Positions 18,924 through 29,463 of a stretch of DNA of 64,000 nt are shown here, in pieces. The position numbers and the translations under genes were made by a program. The stretch lies in IMG/VR virus record IMGVR_UViG_2671180089_000001, positions 1 to 64,000 of that record; one strand, given 5' to 3'. Source of the stretch: a virus. Its lineage: Duplodnaviria; Caudoviricetes. The notes below the pieces were generated by a model. It saw nothing but the letters and a program-made list of their open reading frames with translations. It made no database searches and was not told where the DNA came from. The first letter of the stretch is position 1, and every line of letters begins with the position of its first letter.

Positions 18924-19460
18924 TCAGCGGCGGTTGCAGGGGCGGGCGTTGTCGACGTGCACCTCGGCCTCAAGGCGGAGGCGCTTCTCCCAGACCTTGA
19001 AGACCTGGCGCAGCCAGTCGTCCGTCCGCTCCCACTGGTGCGGGCCGTCGTCGTGCAGGAGGTGCAGCGCGTGCGCCTGCTCGGCCTCGCGCCGGCCAAA
19101 CTCCTCGAATCCCGGGTTGACCGGGTTCAGGCGGTGAGGGAGCGGGAGTTCGCGGTCGACGAGCGGCACCAGGACGTACTCGCCGAGGTCGGCGGGGAAC
19201 CGGGCGGCCGGGTGCTCCACGGCGATCTGCTCGGCCATGAACAGCTCCTCGGTGGCCTCCAAGGGCAGGTGCTCGTACGCGCCGGGCGGAACGGCGTCGA
19301 ACTCGCGGGCGGCGGCGTCGAGGCGCTCCGCGATGCCGTAGAGGGCGGCGCGAATGTTGGGGTCGGTGGTGAACCGGTCGCGGGCGATCTCGGCGACGGT
19401 GCGGGCGCGCTGGCCGGCCTGGGCGTACTGGTTGACGACCGGAGCCGTGGTGGTGGACAT
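18924..19460 (-). CDS. Hypothetical protein
   Basis: RBS GGAG; codon bias. Confidence 0.7.
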   Translation of the reverse strand: MSTTTAPVVNQYAQAGQRARTVAEIARDRFTTDPNIRAALYGIAERLDAAAREFDAVPPGAYEHLPLEATEELFMAEQIAVEHPAARFPADLGEYVLVPLVDRELPLPHRLNPVNPGFEEFGRREAEQAHALHLLHDDGPHQWERTDDWLRQVFKVWEKRLRLEAEVHVDNARPCNRR

Positions 19461-19538
19461 GGGGGTCTCCGTCTCTGGGGTGTTGAGGGGCCGGGGCGCG
19501 GCGGGGGGAGGCCGCGCCCCGGCGGTTCTGGGAAGGGG

Positions 19539-19976
19539 TCAGGCGGCGGCGCGGGCGGTGGCCGGGCGGCCGAGGCGGAGCGCGGCGAGGAAGTCGGCCA
19601 CCTGGCCGTTCTTCGGGGTGAAGCCGGAGAGGGCGACGGCGCGGATGTCCTCGCGGGTCCAGAGCGCGACGGAGACGACGCGGTGACGCTTCATGCGGGC
19701 GAGGTCGCCGGTGCGGGAGACGGTCAGGCCCTTCTTTCCCTTGCGCTTCTTCGCGGTGGTGGCCGTGCCTGCCTCACGGTCAAGGCCCTTGGCCTTCTTC
19801 GTGATGGTCGCCGCGTAGTTGTGGGCGACGAGCGGGGTAACGCCACCGGCCATCAGGTGGGCGGAGGCGGGGGCGGGACCGGCGGCAACGGCCTTGATGG
19901 CGTTGCGGGTCTCGCGCTGGGCGCGGGTGCGGGTGCGGAGGGTGGAAGCGGCGCGGCGGCTGCGGGCACTGGCCAT
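19539..19976 (-). CDS. Basic (Lys/Arg-rich) putative nucleic-acid-binding protein
   Basis: Very basic; early box (20034-20052) plus AGAGCA hairpin (20006-20027). Confidence 0.7.
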   Translation of the reverse strand: MASARSRRAASTLRTRTRAQRETRNAIKAVAAGPAPASAHLMAGGVTPLVAHNYAATITKKAKGLDREAGTATTAKKRKGKKGLTVSRTGDLARMKRHRVVSVALWTREDIRAVALSGFTPKNGQVADFLAALRLGRPATARAAA

Positions 19977-20162
19977 GTGGTGTTCCTCGTGTTCTTCGTT
20001 GGTTCGTCGGCGGTGCTCTCCGCCAACAAGAGGAATAATACACCAAGGGAAACCAGCAGGGGAAGCCATGATCCGCACGGACCTGGGTTTGCGCAGATGA
20101 GAGCGCGTCCACCCCCCTGGGGAGGGTCGGACGTGTTTCCTCCGGCTTACTGTTCGCGCGGG

Positions 20163-20399
20163 CTAGAACAGGGCGTCGTCCTGGGGCGTGGCGACGGCGG
20201 CCGGCCTGCGGGTGCGGGTGGCGCGCGGCTGGGTCGGTTCGTCCCCGAACAGGGCGTCGGTGCCGTTCGCGTGCGGCGCGGCCTCCACGCGGCGGGCGAC
20301 GGCCTGGGCGTCCACCAGGGTGAGCGGGGCGGCCGGGTCGAAGTCGGCGCGGTGCATGGTGGCCCAGTCGATGCTCTGGGGGCGGGTGGCAGTGCTCAC
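20163..20399 (-). CDS. Small protein with two DALF motifs (possible beta-clamp binder)
   Basis: GTDALFGD and C-terminal QDDALF. Confidence 0.55.
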   Translation of the reverse strand: MSTATRPQSIDWATMHRADFDPAAPLTLVDAQAVARRVEAAPHANGTDALFGDEPTQPRATRTRRPAAVATPQDDALF

Positions 20400-20464
20400 G
20401 GGGTCTCTGCTGTCTCGGGAACGGGGCCGGGGCGCGGGGTGCGCCCCGGCGGGGCGGGGAGCTG

Positions 20465-20911
20465 TCAGGCGGCGACGGTGAGGCGGGCGGGCGGGTGGGC
20501 GGCCTCCTCGCGCATCTCGCGGGCCGTGTCGCGCACAGTGGCCATGACCTCCTCGGCCTGGGCCGGGGTGAGCCGCTCGGCGCCCTCGCGCGGGCCCTCC
20601 TCGGCCTCCACGACCGCGAACACGGCCGCATAGATCTCCGTGACCAGCAGACGTCCCCCCTTCATGCGCTGAGCGATGGAGCCGGGCGCGGCGGCGTTGA
20701 ACTCCTCGCGGGCGGCGGCGACCTTCTGCCCGTAGTAGAGGGCGGATCCCCATCCGCGCTGCATGTACTCCGTGCGGACGGTGGTCTCTGCGATGTGCAG
20801 GCCGTCGCGGATCGCGCGGTTGGCCTGCCCGCGCTCCATCAGGACGGCGCGGACGTACTTGTTCACGACGTCGCGTGCGGCTCGCTCGGTGGCGCTCATC
20901 TTCCGGGCCAT
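20465..20911 (-). CDS. Hypothetical protein
   Basis: RBS GAGGA; helical. Confidence 0.65.
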   Translation of the reverse strand: MARKMSATERAARDVVNKYVRAVLMERGQANRAIRDGLHIAETTVRTEYMQRGWGSALYYGQKVAAAREEFNAAAPGSIAQRMKGGRLLVTEIYAAVFAVVEAEEGPREGAERLTPAQAEEVMATVRDTAREMREEAAHPPARLTVAA

Positions 20912-21008
20912 GACGTGGGGTCCTCTCGTGTGCTGTGCGGGGGCCGGGGCGCACGCGGGCGGCGCGTCCCGGCGGGGAGCTGCGGGGGTCAGGGGTGCGG
21001 CGGCCGGG

Positions 21009-21518
21009 TCACGGCTGGTTGTGCTCGAACCACTGGGCGTCGAGGGCGAACAGGGCGGCGCCAAACTCCTCGGTGCCCGGGACGGCGTCGATGCGGGTCA
21101 GCAGCTTCCGGCCGGCAGCGACGGTGTGCGGGGTGCCGTCGTTGTCCGTCCAGGCGTACGCGGGGCGCTTGGCCACGGTCGCGCACAGGTCGGCGTACTC
21201 GGCCTCGCCCTTGCACTGCGGCGGGACGCCGGGGCCGCACTCGCGGTTGCCCATCGTGGCGCAGTCCCACCCGGTCTCGTCCTCGTCGACCCGGCCGTCT
21301 CGGTTGTCGTCGCCCATCAGGTCGGCGCGCCCGTCGATCCAGCCGTCGTTGTACGTGGTGACGGCGTCGCTCTTCGGGGCGAAGTCGGCCGGGGTGGCGT
21401 CGGACGCTGCGATGGTGCCTGCGGCGCCCAGGATGATCACGGCGGTACCGACGGCGAGCAGGGACGCCGGGCGGGGGCGGCGGGCCAGCAGGCGGGCGAG
21501 ACGGGGGAAGCGCGGCAT
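21009..21518 (-). CDS. Secreted/membrane-anchored protein with a DxDxDG-like loop
   Basis: Signal-like N-terminus; DDNRDGRVDEDETGWDCATMGNRECG. Confidence 0.7.
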   Translation of the reverse strand: MPRFPRLARLLARRPRPASLLAVGTAVIILGAAGTIAASDATPADFAPKSDAVTTYNDGWIDGRADLMGDDNRDGRVDEDETGWDCATMGNRECGPGVPPQCKGEAEYADLCATVAKRPAYAWTDNDGTPHTVAAGRKLLTRIDAVPGTEEFGAALFALDAQWFEHNQP

Positions 21519-21663
21519 GGGGTGTTCCTTCGCTGGTTGGTGCGGTCCCGGTTGCTCTCCGGGGCCGTGGGCGGTGCGCCCTGCGCCCGTTCCGGCGGAC
21601 AGCCGGCCCAGGGGCGGGGCGCACCGCCCGCCGGGGGTGGCGGCGGGCGGTGCGGTCTGGGGG

Positions 21664-21951
21664 TCAGGCCGTAACGGCGCTGTCCGTCATGAAGAACGGG
21701 TTGATAAGGAAGTCGGCGCTGTCGCCGTTAAGGGCCTCGCGGAACCCGGCGGAGCGGTCCCGGGCGACCACGAGGTGAACGGCGGAGCCGGGGACGGCGT
21801 CCTTCACGGCCCAGGCGCGGGCCACCTGGTTGTCGTAGCCGGAGTCGGTGGTGACTCCGAGGTGGTGAACGGCGGCACGGTCGGTGCCCGCGTCGGTGAC
21901 AACCGCGATGAAGAGGTGGAGTTGGGGGGTCTTGTCCAGGGTGACGGCCAT
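21664..21951 (-). CDS. Hypothetical protein, first gene of the leftward early arm
   Basis: Early box 22004-22022 plus AGAGCA hairpin 21975-21994. Confidence 0.7.
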   Translation of the reverse strand: MAVTLDKTPQLHLFIAVVTDAGTDRAAVHHLGVTTDSGYDNQVARAWAVKDAVPGSAVHLVVARDRSAGFREALNGDSADFLINPFFMTDSAVTA

Positions 21952-21974
21952 GGTGTTCCTCGCTTCGTTGGTTG

Positions 21975-22212
21975 GCCCCGGTGCTCTCCGGGGCGACAAG
22001 AAGAACAGTACACCAAGGGAAATTCAGCGCAACCCCCTGAGGTAGGAAACCATAAGAAACCCAGGTGAACGGCTAGGAAGTCGCACTGCGCAGACCCTTT
22101 ATATTTCCCTGGGTTGACTATTCCTCTGGGGTGGGGCTACGTTCAAGGCACGCCACTAAGGCGGGGCCGGGGCGAGCATCCCCGGCCGAACCAACGAACC
22201 GAGGAGCACCCG
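21975..22212. promoter_or_regulatory. Divergent early control region
   Basis: Back-to-back early boxes (22004-22022 minus; 22104-22122 plus); TTGACT-N18-TACGTT; leader hairpins on both sides. Confidence 0.8.
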
Positions 22213-24195
22213 ATGGCTGACACCCAGACGACCGGCATCAAGAACGCGGACGAACTCATCACCCTTGCGGCCGCGTTCGGCCTGACCGTGACGGTCGAGA
22301 GGACCGACCGCGACACGCTCACCTCCTACGTGGTGCGCTTCGCGATCCCCGTCCCCGCCGCGAACGCCGGCACTGAGCTGGGCCGCGCCATCGCGGGCGA
22401 CACCATCACCCTCCTGTGGACCAAAGCGAAGAAGAAGGGCGCACGCGGCCGCCTGGCCGACGCCACCGTCTGGACCGTCGCCGGCCACCGCAAGGCGCGC
22501 ACCCTGCGCGCGGTCACTGCCGCCGTCGACACCCTGGGGCGCAGCTCCAACAAGTACGCCCGCGACGCTGCGCCCTTCCCCGAGGACGTCGTCGACGCCC
22601 CGCACGCCGTGTTCGTCGACGGCCACCAGGTCCACGCGGGCATCCCTGCCGCGCACGTCCGCACCATCGTGAAGAACCGCCGCTTCCGTGGCTGGACCTT
22701 CCACCAGGACGCCGACAAGGCCATCGTGTGCGAGACCCGCCGCTACGTCCCGGTGCAGCCGGCCGCCGCCGAGGAGGCCCCCGCCCCCGTCGCCGACGAG
22801 CGCCAGCACGTTCGGATCACCAACGACGGCCCCGCCGAGGTCATCCCGACCCGTGAGGCCCTGGACGAGATCAACGCCGCGATGATGGAGCCGGAGGTGA
22901 AGCGGACCGTCAAGCGCATGTCCGCGAGCAAGTCGACGGCCCACATCGTCTACCGCGACGGCCGGACCGTGTACCTGCGCCCCGCCACCCCCGGCGACGT
23001 CTTCCCCACCCCGGCGGAGCGCCCCACGGACGCCGAGCTGACCGGCGACATCGACGCAGGGCACGCCGCCTACCTCGCCGAGACGTTCGCCGCCGTCGCC
23101 GACGGTACGGCGCTCCCCGTCCGCGCCGACATGATCCGGCCCGGCATGGACGTGATCCACGCGCACATGGGCGAGACCCGCACCATCGACACCGTCACGG
23201 CCTACGTCGGCGCCCCCGGCGCGCCGTGGGTCCGCCCCTCCTGGACGTTCCGCAGCCACGACGAGAGCACGGCCGGCAGCACCTACCCGCCGGAGATGCA
23301 CCTGATGGTTACCCGCGCCTCCCTGGACGCCGTGTTCGGCCCGGCCCCCGTCGAGGACGCCGCCCCCGCCGCGCCGGTCGACGAGAAGACCCGCCGTTGG
23401 GCCGAGGGGTTCGCCGCGAAGTGGTGGGCCGAGCAGAACACCGGCGAGCCCACCGACGCCGCCCTGGCCGCCGTGTTCGCCCACACGGTGAAGCCGCCGA
23501 AGCCGGAGGCGTACCCGCTCATCCGCGAGGCCATCACCGCACTCACGCCCCCGCCCGCCGCCGCGCCCCTGTTCGCCGCGCACGCCGCCCGTGAGGCCGC
23601 CGAGGAGGCCACCGACCTGACGCCGCGCGCCCTGTCCACGCTCGCCCACCACTTGGAGACCCTGCCGCTCGCCGCGCCCCCCGCGCTGCACGAGAGGCTG
23701 CACGCGGCCCGAGACACCGCCGAGGGTGCGTGGGAGGCCCTGCGGTTCGCTCACAGCCTGGCCGCCAAGACGGCCGCCCGTAGTGCCGCAAAGGACGCCA
23801 TTGTTCGGGCAAGGGCCGCCATCCTGGCCGTCCAGCCGCACGCCCGCCGGATGCACGGCACCGACATGCCACACACCGCCGACAGCATCCGCGCCGCCGC
23901 GCTCGCCTACATGCACCTCGGAGCCACCCCCGACGAGACCAACGCCCTCAAGAACGGCGCCGCCGAGGTACGCATCGACTGCCGCCCCGACACGGGGAAC
24001 GGGTGGACCGTCACCGCCCGCATCACGGCCGGCATCCGGGACGTCCGCTGGTTCCTCCCCGCGCACCCGCCCATCGTCGTCAAGTTCCGCAGGGTCGACG
24101 GCCGCCAGAGCCCCGCCGACAACGCGCGCAAGGTGATCGGGTCCATGCTCCGCGTGGACGTACCCGTCACGTACAAGGACGCCGCGCACCACTGA
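22213..24195 (+). CDS. Large multidomain hypothetical protein
   Basis: 660-aa ORF with high GC3; leader hairpin plus RBS. Confidence 0.8.
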   Translation: MADTQTTGIKNADELITLAAAFGLTVTVERTDRDTLTSYVVRFAIPVPAANAGTELGRAIAGDTITLLWTKAKKKGARGRLADATVWTVAGHRKARTLRAVTAAVDTLGRSSNKYARDAAPFPEDVVDAPHAVFVDGHQVHAGIPAAHVRTIVKNRRFRGWTFHQDADKAIVCETRRYVPVQPAAAEEAPAPVADERQHVRITNDGPAEVIPTREALDEINAAMMEPEVKRTVKRMSASKSTAHIVYRDGRTVYLRPATPGDVFPTPAERPTDAELTGDIDAGHAAYLAETFAAVADGTALPVRADMIRPGMDVIHAHMGETRTIDTVTAYVGAPGAPWVRPSWTFRSHDESTAGSTYPPEMHLMVTRASLDAVFGPAPVEDAAPAAPVDEKTRRWAEGFAAKWWAEQNTGEPTDAALAAVFAHTVKPPKPEAYPLIREAITALTPPPAAAPLFAAHAAREAAEEATDLTPRALSTLAHHLETLPLAAPPALHERLHAARDTAEGAWEALRFAHSLAAKTAARSAAKDAIVRARAAILAVQPHARRMHGTDMPHTADSIRAAALAYMHLGATPDETNALKNGAAEVRIDCRPDTGNGWTVTARITAGIRDVRWFLPAHPPIVVKFRRVDGRQSPADNARKVIGSMLRVDVPVTYKDAAHH

Positions 24196-24398
24196 CCCCG
24201 CCCGGCGCCGCCCGGCCGGATCGGGTCGGGCGGCGCCCTCGAGGCCCCATACGCGCCCGCGCGCGTGTGGACGGTCCAGAAAGTCCAGGAACCCGCGTCA
24301 CCTGCCCCGTTCCCTCTGGGGCGACGCAAGCCGTCTCCGCGCGGCCCACTGCCCGGCGAGAGCACGCCGGGCCCAACCAACGAAGTGAGGAACCCCCG

Positions 24399-25244
24399 AT
24401 GTTGACCCCCCTTGAGCGCGCCGACGAGATGGCGCGTCTGGTCATCGCTGCGGCGCAGCAGGACAACGCCTGTGTTGTGACCGGCGGCCTGGTGGACACC
24501 GTGATGAAGCTGCACGCCGACACGGAGGCGGGGAAGGCGAACCCGGTGACGGTGCGTCGGCTGATCCGGGCCGGCGCCGGGGCCGAGGGGGTCCGCGTCG
24601 TCCTCACCGATGATGAGCGGTACTGGGCGATCCGGGAGCAGCTCCACCACATGGGCGGCGACGAGGTGCACGCGCTGCGCGACAGCATCTCCGACGGCGG
24701 CGAGCTGGACCCGCGCGGCAATGACCGCGTGCTGGTCGAGGCGATCTCCGTGCGTCTGTCGCGGCGTCTGCCTCCGCACCGTCTGAGTGGTGCCGAGCCG
24801 GTCTCCATCCGTCTGTGGGACGAGCCGGAGCCGGACGGAGTCGGGTCGCTCCCGGAGTACGCGGGCCACCCGAGCGTGGTCGCGGCCTTGGAAATCCTGC
24901 GCGCGGCCAGGGTGCCGGTGGCCACGGTCCCCGGGCGCAAGATGCTGTACCGCGACTGGCACAGCCCGCAGGGGCCGCAGGGTGCGTTTCTGTGGACCTA
25001 CACGGGTTGGACGCTCGAGGTGACGTGGTTCATCGACGGCGCCCAAGACGAGCGGGGCATGCGGTCCCGTGACGTCCGCCGTGTGCGGGGTGCCCGTAAC
25101 CAGGCTCTCGACGACGTCGCCGCAGCGTTCCGTGCGGCGGGCTGGACGGCGTGGCGGGTGATGAGCCGTAAGACGGCGACGCGGTGCGATCTCCGCTTGG
25201 ACGTAGCACCCCCGGCGGCCGTGGAGTCCCCGGCCGTCTCCTGA
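24399..25244 (+). CDS. Hypothetical protein
   Basis: AGAGCA hairpin 24351-24372 plus RBS GAGGA. Confidence 0.7.
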   Translation: MLTPLERADEMARLVIAAAQQDNACVVTGGLVDTVMKLHADTEAGKANPVTVRRLIRAGAGAEGVRVVLTDDERYWAIREQLHHMGGDEVHALRDSISDGGELDPRGNDRVLVEAISVRLSRRLPPHRLSGAEPVSIRLWDEPEPDGVGSLPEYAGHPSVVAALEILRAARVPVATVPGRKMLYRDWHSPQGPQGAFLWTYTGWTLEVTWFIDGAQDERGMRSRDVRRVRGARNQALDDVAAAFRAAGWTAWRVMSRKTATRCDLRLDVAPPAAVESPAVS

Positions 25245-25340
25245 CGCCCCCAGTCCCGTTCTCCCGCCCTGTCGCCGTCGTCCTGGTCGCCGAGTGCGTC
25301 CAGACGCGGCGGGGCGCTCCCAGGAAGGCCCAGCCCCGAC

Positions 25341-25703
25341 ATGCCCATGCCCCCGTGGCTCCGCTCCCACCTGCCTGCCGAGCCCACCCGTACGTTCGTC
25401 GCGTTCACCGACGCGGTCGCCGAGCTTTTGGAGCTGCCGCCCGCGCCGCCGGCCGAGGTCTACGCCCGCCGGTACGACACGGACCACGTCTGGATGGTCT
25501 GGCGGTACAAGGACGGCGGCGCCTCCCTGTTCCTCGAGCGCCCATACGGGGAGCTGCGCGACGGCGTGTGGGTTCGCCTGCACTGGCACGAGTCGCCGAA
25601 CCCGGAGGTGGTGGCCGCGATGATCCGGGCCTACGTGCGCCGAGGACGTCGCGAGCAGCGCCGCCGCCCGTGCTGGCTCGTCCGCGTGCTGTTCGGCCGC
25701 TGA
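25341..25703 (+). CDS. Hypothetical protein
   Basis: Codon bias. Confidence 0.6.
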   Translation: MPMPPWLRSHLPAEPTRTFVAFTDAVAELLELPPAPPAEVYARRYDTDHVWMVWRYKDGGASLFLERPYGELRDGVWVRLHWHESPNPEVVAAMIRAYVRRGRREQRRRPCWLVRVLFGR

Positions 25704-25793
25704 GCCGGCCCCGTGATCCCCGGCCCGCACCCCGTGGGCCGGTCCCCTGCGGCGGAGAGCTACCGCCGCAACCCGAAGGAGAGGAACAAGCGC

Positions 25794-26813
25794 GTGAGCG
25801 CGTACGTAGAGATCCCCCGCCCGTACGAGTCGGCCCCCGGCCGGTTCACCGTCGACCTGGTGTTCCCGACTGCGTCGAAGCGCCGGGCGAAGCAACACCA
25901 CGACGTGGCGTGGGCCCTGGCCGACGTCCACGGCGTGGAGGCGTCCACCCCGTTCGCCCTGAACCCCAGGTGGTCGTACTACAAGGAGATGTGCGGGAGC
26001 GATGAGCGGTACGGCGGGCCCGACGAGCGGCGCCTGACGGTGCAGGGCGGAGCTCGAGCGGTCGCCCGGTACCTGGTCGCCCTCGAGCGTGTCCTCGACG
26101 AGGTGGAGGCCCTGGCGACGCGAGCAGTCCGCGCGTTCGGCGCGTGGAAGCGCTCCGTGGCCGGTGAGCCGTTCCTGGAGTACGAGGACGCGTCCACCAT
26201 GCGCGTGCGGTCTCGGGAGTTCCGGGCGGACGTCCTGCGGGCCCTGGTGCAGGGTCTGGACGCCCGTACGCGGCCCGTGGGGGAGCGGGACAGCTCCCGG
26301 CCGCTGTGGGAGCAGTACGGGGCCGTCGCCGAGGAGGTACGGGCCGCCGCGGGCGGAGTCGACCTCGAGCGGGCCGACGAGGAGGCCATGACCGCCCAGG
26401 AGGCGCGCATGGTCCCGGCGGCCGTCGCCGAGGCGGAACGCCTGGTCCGCGCCGAGGCGGCCCGGCTCGAGGAGCAGCGCCTGGAGGAGGAGCGCGAGGA
26501 GCTGTTCCGGCAGGTCGACGCGGCGTGCGCGCAGGAAGCCGACGAGGCGGACGCCGAGCGGTGCGCCCTGGACGGACAGGGGGCGTTGTTCGCCGTCTCG
26601 GAGGCCCGGCCCGCGCTGGTGGTGCCCCCGCCCCGGCCGGTGAAGCCGCGCCGCGCGCCCCGTGAGCGCGTGCCCGTGGCGGCCCGGTTCCCCGACGGGA
26701 CAACGCACGTTGCGATCAGCCGGGAGCAGGTGGAGCACTTCAACCCGGGCATCGCGGCCGCCATGTGGCCGAAGGTGAACCCGGAGCGCCGGCGGTACGT
26801 CCCCGCGGCCTGA
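25794..26813 (+). CDS. Hypothetical protein
   Basis: AGAGCTA hairpin 25749-25769 plus RBS before GTG; QGALF motif. Confidence 0.7.
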   Translation: MSAYVEIPRPYESAPGRFTVDLVFPTASKRRAKQHHDVAWALADVHGVEASTPFALNPRWSYYKEMCGSDERYGGPDERRLTVQGGARAVARYLVALERVLDEVEALATRAVRAFGAWKRSVAGEPFLEYEDASTMRVRSREFRADVLRALVQGLDARTRPVGERDSSRPLWEQYGAVAEEVRAAAGGVDLERADEEAMTAQEARMVPAAVAEAERLVRAEAARLEEQRLEEEREELFRQVDAACAQEADEADAERCALDGQGALFAVSEARPALVVPPPRPVKPRRAPRERVPVAARFPDGTTHVAISREQVEHFNPGIAAAMWPKVNPERRRYVPAA

Positions 26814-26980
26814 CAGCTCCCCGGAGTCGGGACCACCCCGAACGCTAAGCCCGGGTGAATCCAGGGGTGCGAATCCCTGGTTTCACCTGGGCTACCCCTT
26901 CCCTAGATTCCCCTGGGTGTACTATTCTTCTTGTTGGCGGGAGAGCAACCCGCCGCAACCAACGAAGGAGGAACACCCCC

Positions 26981-27403
26981 ATGAACGCTGCCCTGGCTGC
27001 GAAGCCCCTGCCGCAGCTTTCCGCGCAGTACGGGCCCATGCGGTCCGTGATCGGCGCCCCCAGCACCACCGACGTCATCCCCGAGCAGCACGACGCCTAC
27101 CTGTTCAACATCGCGGGCGGCAACGTGCTTCGGGAGTCCGTCATCAAGGGCGCCGACCGGAAGCCCGTCCTGGCCGTCCGGTTCGTCGAGTACACCGACC
27201 CCGTCACCCGCACGCAGCGCTACGCCGTCGACTTCTGGTCGATCCGGCGTATCAGCGTCTCGGACCACGGCAACCGCGCCATGGCTGAGGTGACGTACGA
27301 GCGGGCGGTGCGCGCCGAGTACGAGCGCCCGACGCTCGACCTGCCCGCCGAGCGGCTCGGCAAGGGCCTGTCGGCCTACTACGACGTCACCGACGTCGCC
27401 TGA
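26981..27403 (+). CDS. Hypothetical protein
   Basis: Early box 26908-26926 plus hairpin 26936-26954 plus RBS GGAGGA. Confidence 0.75.
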   Translation: MNAALAAKPLPQLSAQYGPMRSVIGAPSTTDVIPEQHDAYLFNIAGGNVLRESVIKGADRKPVLAVRFVEYTDPVTRTQRYAVDFWSIRRISVSDHGNRAMAEVTYERAVRAEYERPTLDLPAERLGKGLSAYYDVTDVA

Positions 27404-27500
27404 CCGGTCCGGTCCCTCTCTCGCCGGGGCGCGACCGTACGCGCCGCGCCCCGGCACCCTCCCCCAACTCGCCACCACTCCACCGAGGAGACACCCCGCC

Positions 27501-28856
27501 ATGGGCAAGACCACCGACGCCGCCACCCGCACGATCCACCTTCAGGGCGTGGGCCGCGTGCCCGCCGTCGAGGCCCAAGACCTGAGCGTTGGCGACCAGC
27601 TCATGTACAACTCCGGCAGCGTCTACCAGATCACTAAGATTGAGGACGCCTCCCCGAAGTTCTTCCGGATTTTCCAGGTCAGCACCGAGACCGGCGAGGA
27701 GTACAGCCGCCGTGTCAAGAAGGACCGTCTCGCGGCCCGCGTGCCCGAGGGAAAGCGCCGCCGTCTGGGCCACGACGCCCCGGCAACCAACTACCGCGCC
27801 CAGGTCTGCGCCCCCCAGGGCGGTATCTGGGTCACGGTGAGCCACGGTGACACTGCCAAGGCCGCCGCATGTGGCCGTACTCCGCTGAACCAATTCTCCT
27901 ACTTCGGCTCCGTGATGCTGGGACGTCACGGGCTCGGCGACACTTACGACGCCCGCGTCGACAACATGGCGGCCATGGCGGCCGGCGCGACCCTCACCGC
28001 CGAGAACGGGCACCGTTTCCGCATCCTGCCGCCAGAACAGCCGAGCGTATCCGTGGAAGCCGCCGCGCTCGCCCAGAAGTACCCTCTCGGCGCTGCGGCC
28101 GTCTTCACGCCGGAGGGCGCCACGGAGCGGGACGTTGTCGTCGTGAACTCCGCCCCCGACGCTGACGGCACCGTCGAAGTGCTCAGCGCCCGGCAGAACG
28201 GTAAGGCGCTCCGGGTGCCGCTTGCCGCGCTGGAGGAGCTGCCCGCACTGCCCCCGGCCCCCGAAGGCGACCCCACCGACTATTGGACCGTCACGGACGA
28301 CAAGGGCCAGGAAGTAACCCGCGTGCGGGCCGAGACCAGGGTCGGCGCCCGTACCGAGGTGGAGAGGAACCCCCAGGCTGCGGCGGTCGCCAAGAGGCTC
28401 GGTGGGCTGTTCTACCGGCGCCTCAGCACATCGGAGCTCCCGCCGGAGCTCCGGGCCGCGCTGGAGGCCGACACCGCCCGTCAGGCCGCGCCTCGCGCCC
28501 TTGGCTGCCTCCCCGGAAGCGTTGACGTCCCTCAGGTGAAGGCCGCTATCCGTCTCCTCACACACGACGGGCAGCCGCTCGCCGCGTTCGACGAGCGGGA
28601 CCGGTGCCTGAGCGCCGGGGCCTACCTGGACCCGCGCCGCGAGACCGGCGAGGTGGTCCTCGAGTTCCTCGCCGAGCACCGGCCGGCCGCCGGGCGGAAG
28701 GAGCTGGCCGACGAGCAAGAGCGGGTCACCCTCGAATACGCCGCCCTGTTCCGAATGGCCGGCTGGACCGTGCAGGAGTTCCAGGAGCGCGACCACACCG
28801 GCCAGGAGCGTCTGGCGCGGCTCATCCTCACGCCTCCGACGCCCCACAGCGTCTAG
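27501..28856 (+). CDS. Multidomain hypothetical protein (SH3/KOW-like N-terminus)
   Basis: VEAQDLSVGDQL...YQITKI; RBS GAGGAG. Confidence 0.75.
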   Translation: MGKTTDAATRTIHLQGVGRVPAVEAQDLSVGDQLMYNSGSVYQITKIEDASPKFFRIFQVSTETGEEYSRRVKKDRLAARVPEGKRRRLGHDAPATNYRAQVCAPQGGIWVTVSHGDTAKAAACGRTPLNQFSYFGSVMLGRHGLGDTYDARVDNMAAMAAGATLTAENGHRFRILPPEQPSVSVEAAALAQKYPLGAAAVFTPEGATERDVVVVNSAPDADGTVEVLSARQNGKALRVPLAALEELPALPPAPEGDPTDYWTVTDDKGQEVTRVRAETRVGARTEVERNPQAAAVAKRLGGLFYRRLSTSELPPELRAALEADTARQAAPRALGCLPGSVDVPQVKAAIRLLTHDGQPLAAFDERDRCLSAGAYLDPRRETGEVVLEFLAEHRPAAGRKELADEQERVTLEYAALFRMAGWTVQEFQERDHTGQERLARLILTPPTPHSV

Positions 28857-28926
28857 CAGCTCCCCCGGCCGGGGCGCAGCCCGTACGCCCCGGCCCCACC
28901 CGTCTCACGCCCTGGAGGACCACCCG

Positions 28927-29376
28927 ATGCAGACCATCGCCCTGTTCGACGTCCCGACCGCTCCGCAGCCGGCCGCCAAGCTCCATCGGGCGCCGCTCGC
29001 CCTGGGGGAGCTGCCCGTGTCGAGTGTTCCCGCCGCGTACGACCGGGAGCACCTCTACAGCCCGAAGGCGAACACGGCCGCGCTCGTCGACCACCGGCCC
29101 GGCGACCAGTTCCCGCCGCTCCCGGTGTCCCCGCCCGGGCCGAAGGCGTGGGGCGCCTGGTGGCGGACCGAGGCCAGCGTGACCACGCCGGACTATCTGG
29201 GGCTGGAGCCCGGCGACGTGATCACCCTGGACGACGGCGACACGGCGACCGTCGTATCCACGTGCCGGTTCGGCGCGGTCGTCCGCTACGCGCTGCCCCC
29301 GAGCGAGTGGTGCGACAAGGAGTACGCGGAGCAGTACGTGACCGCCCGCAACCAGTTCGGCCGCTGGTACCGCTGA
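28927..29376 (+). CDS. Hypothetical protein
   Basis: RBS GGAGGA; N-terminus MQTIALFDVP. Confidence 0.7.
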   Translation: MQTIALFDVPTAPQPAAKLHRAPLALGELPVSSVPAAYDREHLYSPKANTAALVDHRPGDQFPPLPVSPPGPKAWGAWWRTEASVTTPDYLGLEPGDVITLDDGDTATVVSTCRFGAVVRYALPPSEWCDKEYAEQYVTARNQFGRWYR

Positions 29377-29463
29377 CCACCCGCCCACGGGGCGCAGCTC
29401 CCACGCTGCGCCCCGGCCTCTCCGCCCCTTCTCCGCCCGCTCCACGCCCTTGAGGACCCCGCC

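Noticed and set aside
23907-26738. 943-aa minus-strand ORF (also 22156-24192, 18741-20633, 51495-53690, 55269-57266)
   Set aside because: Shadows of well-supported opposite-strand genes that have RBS and leader motifs.
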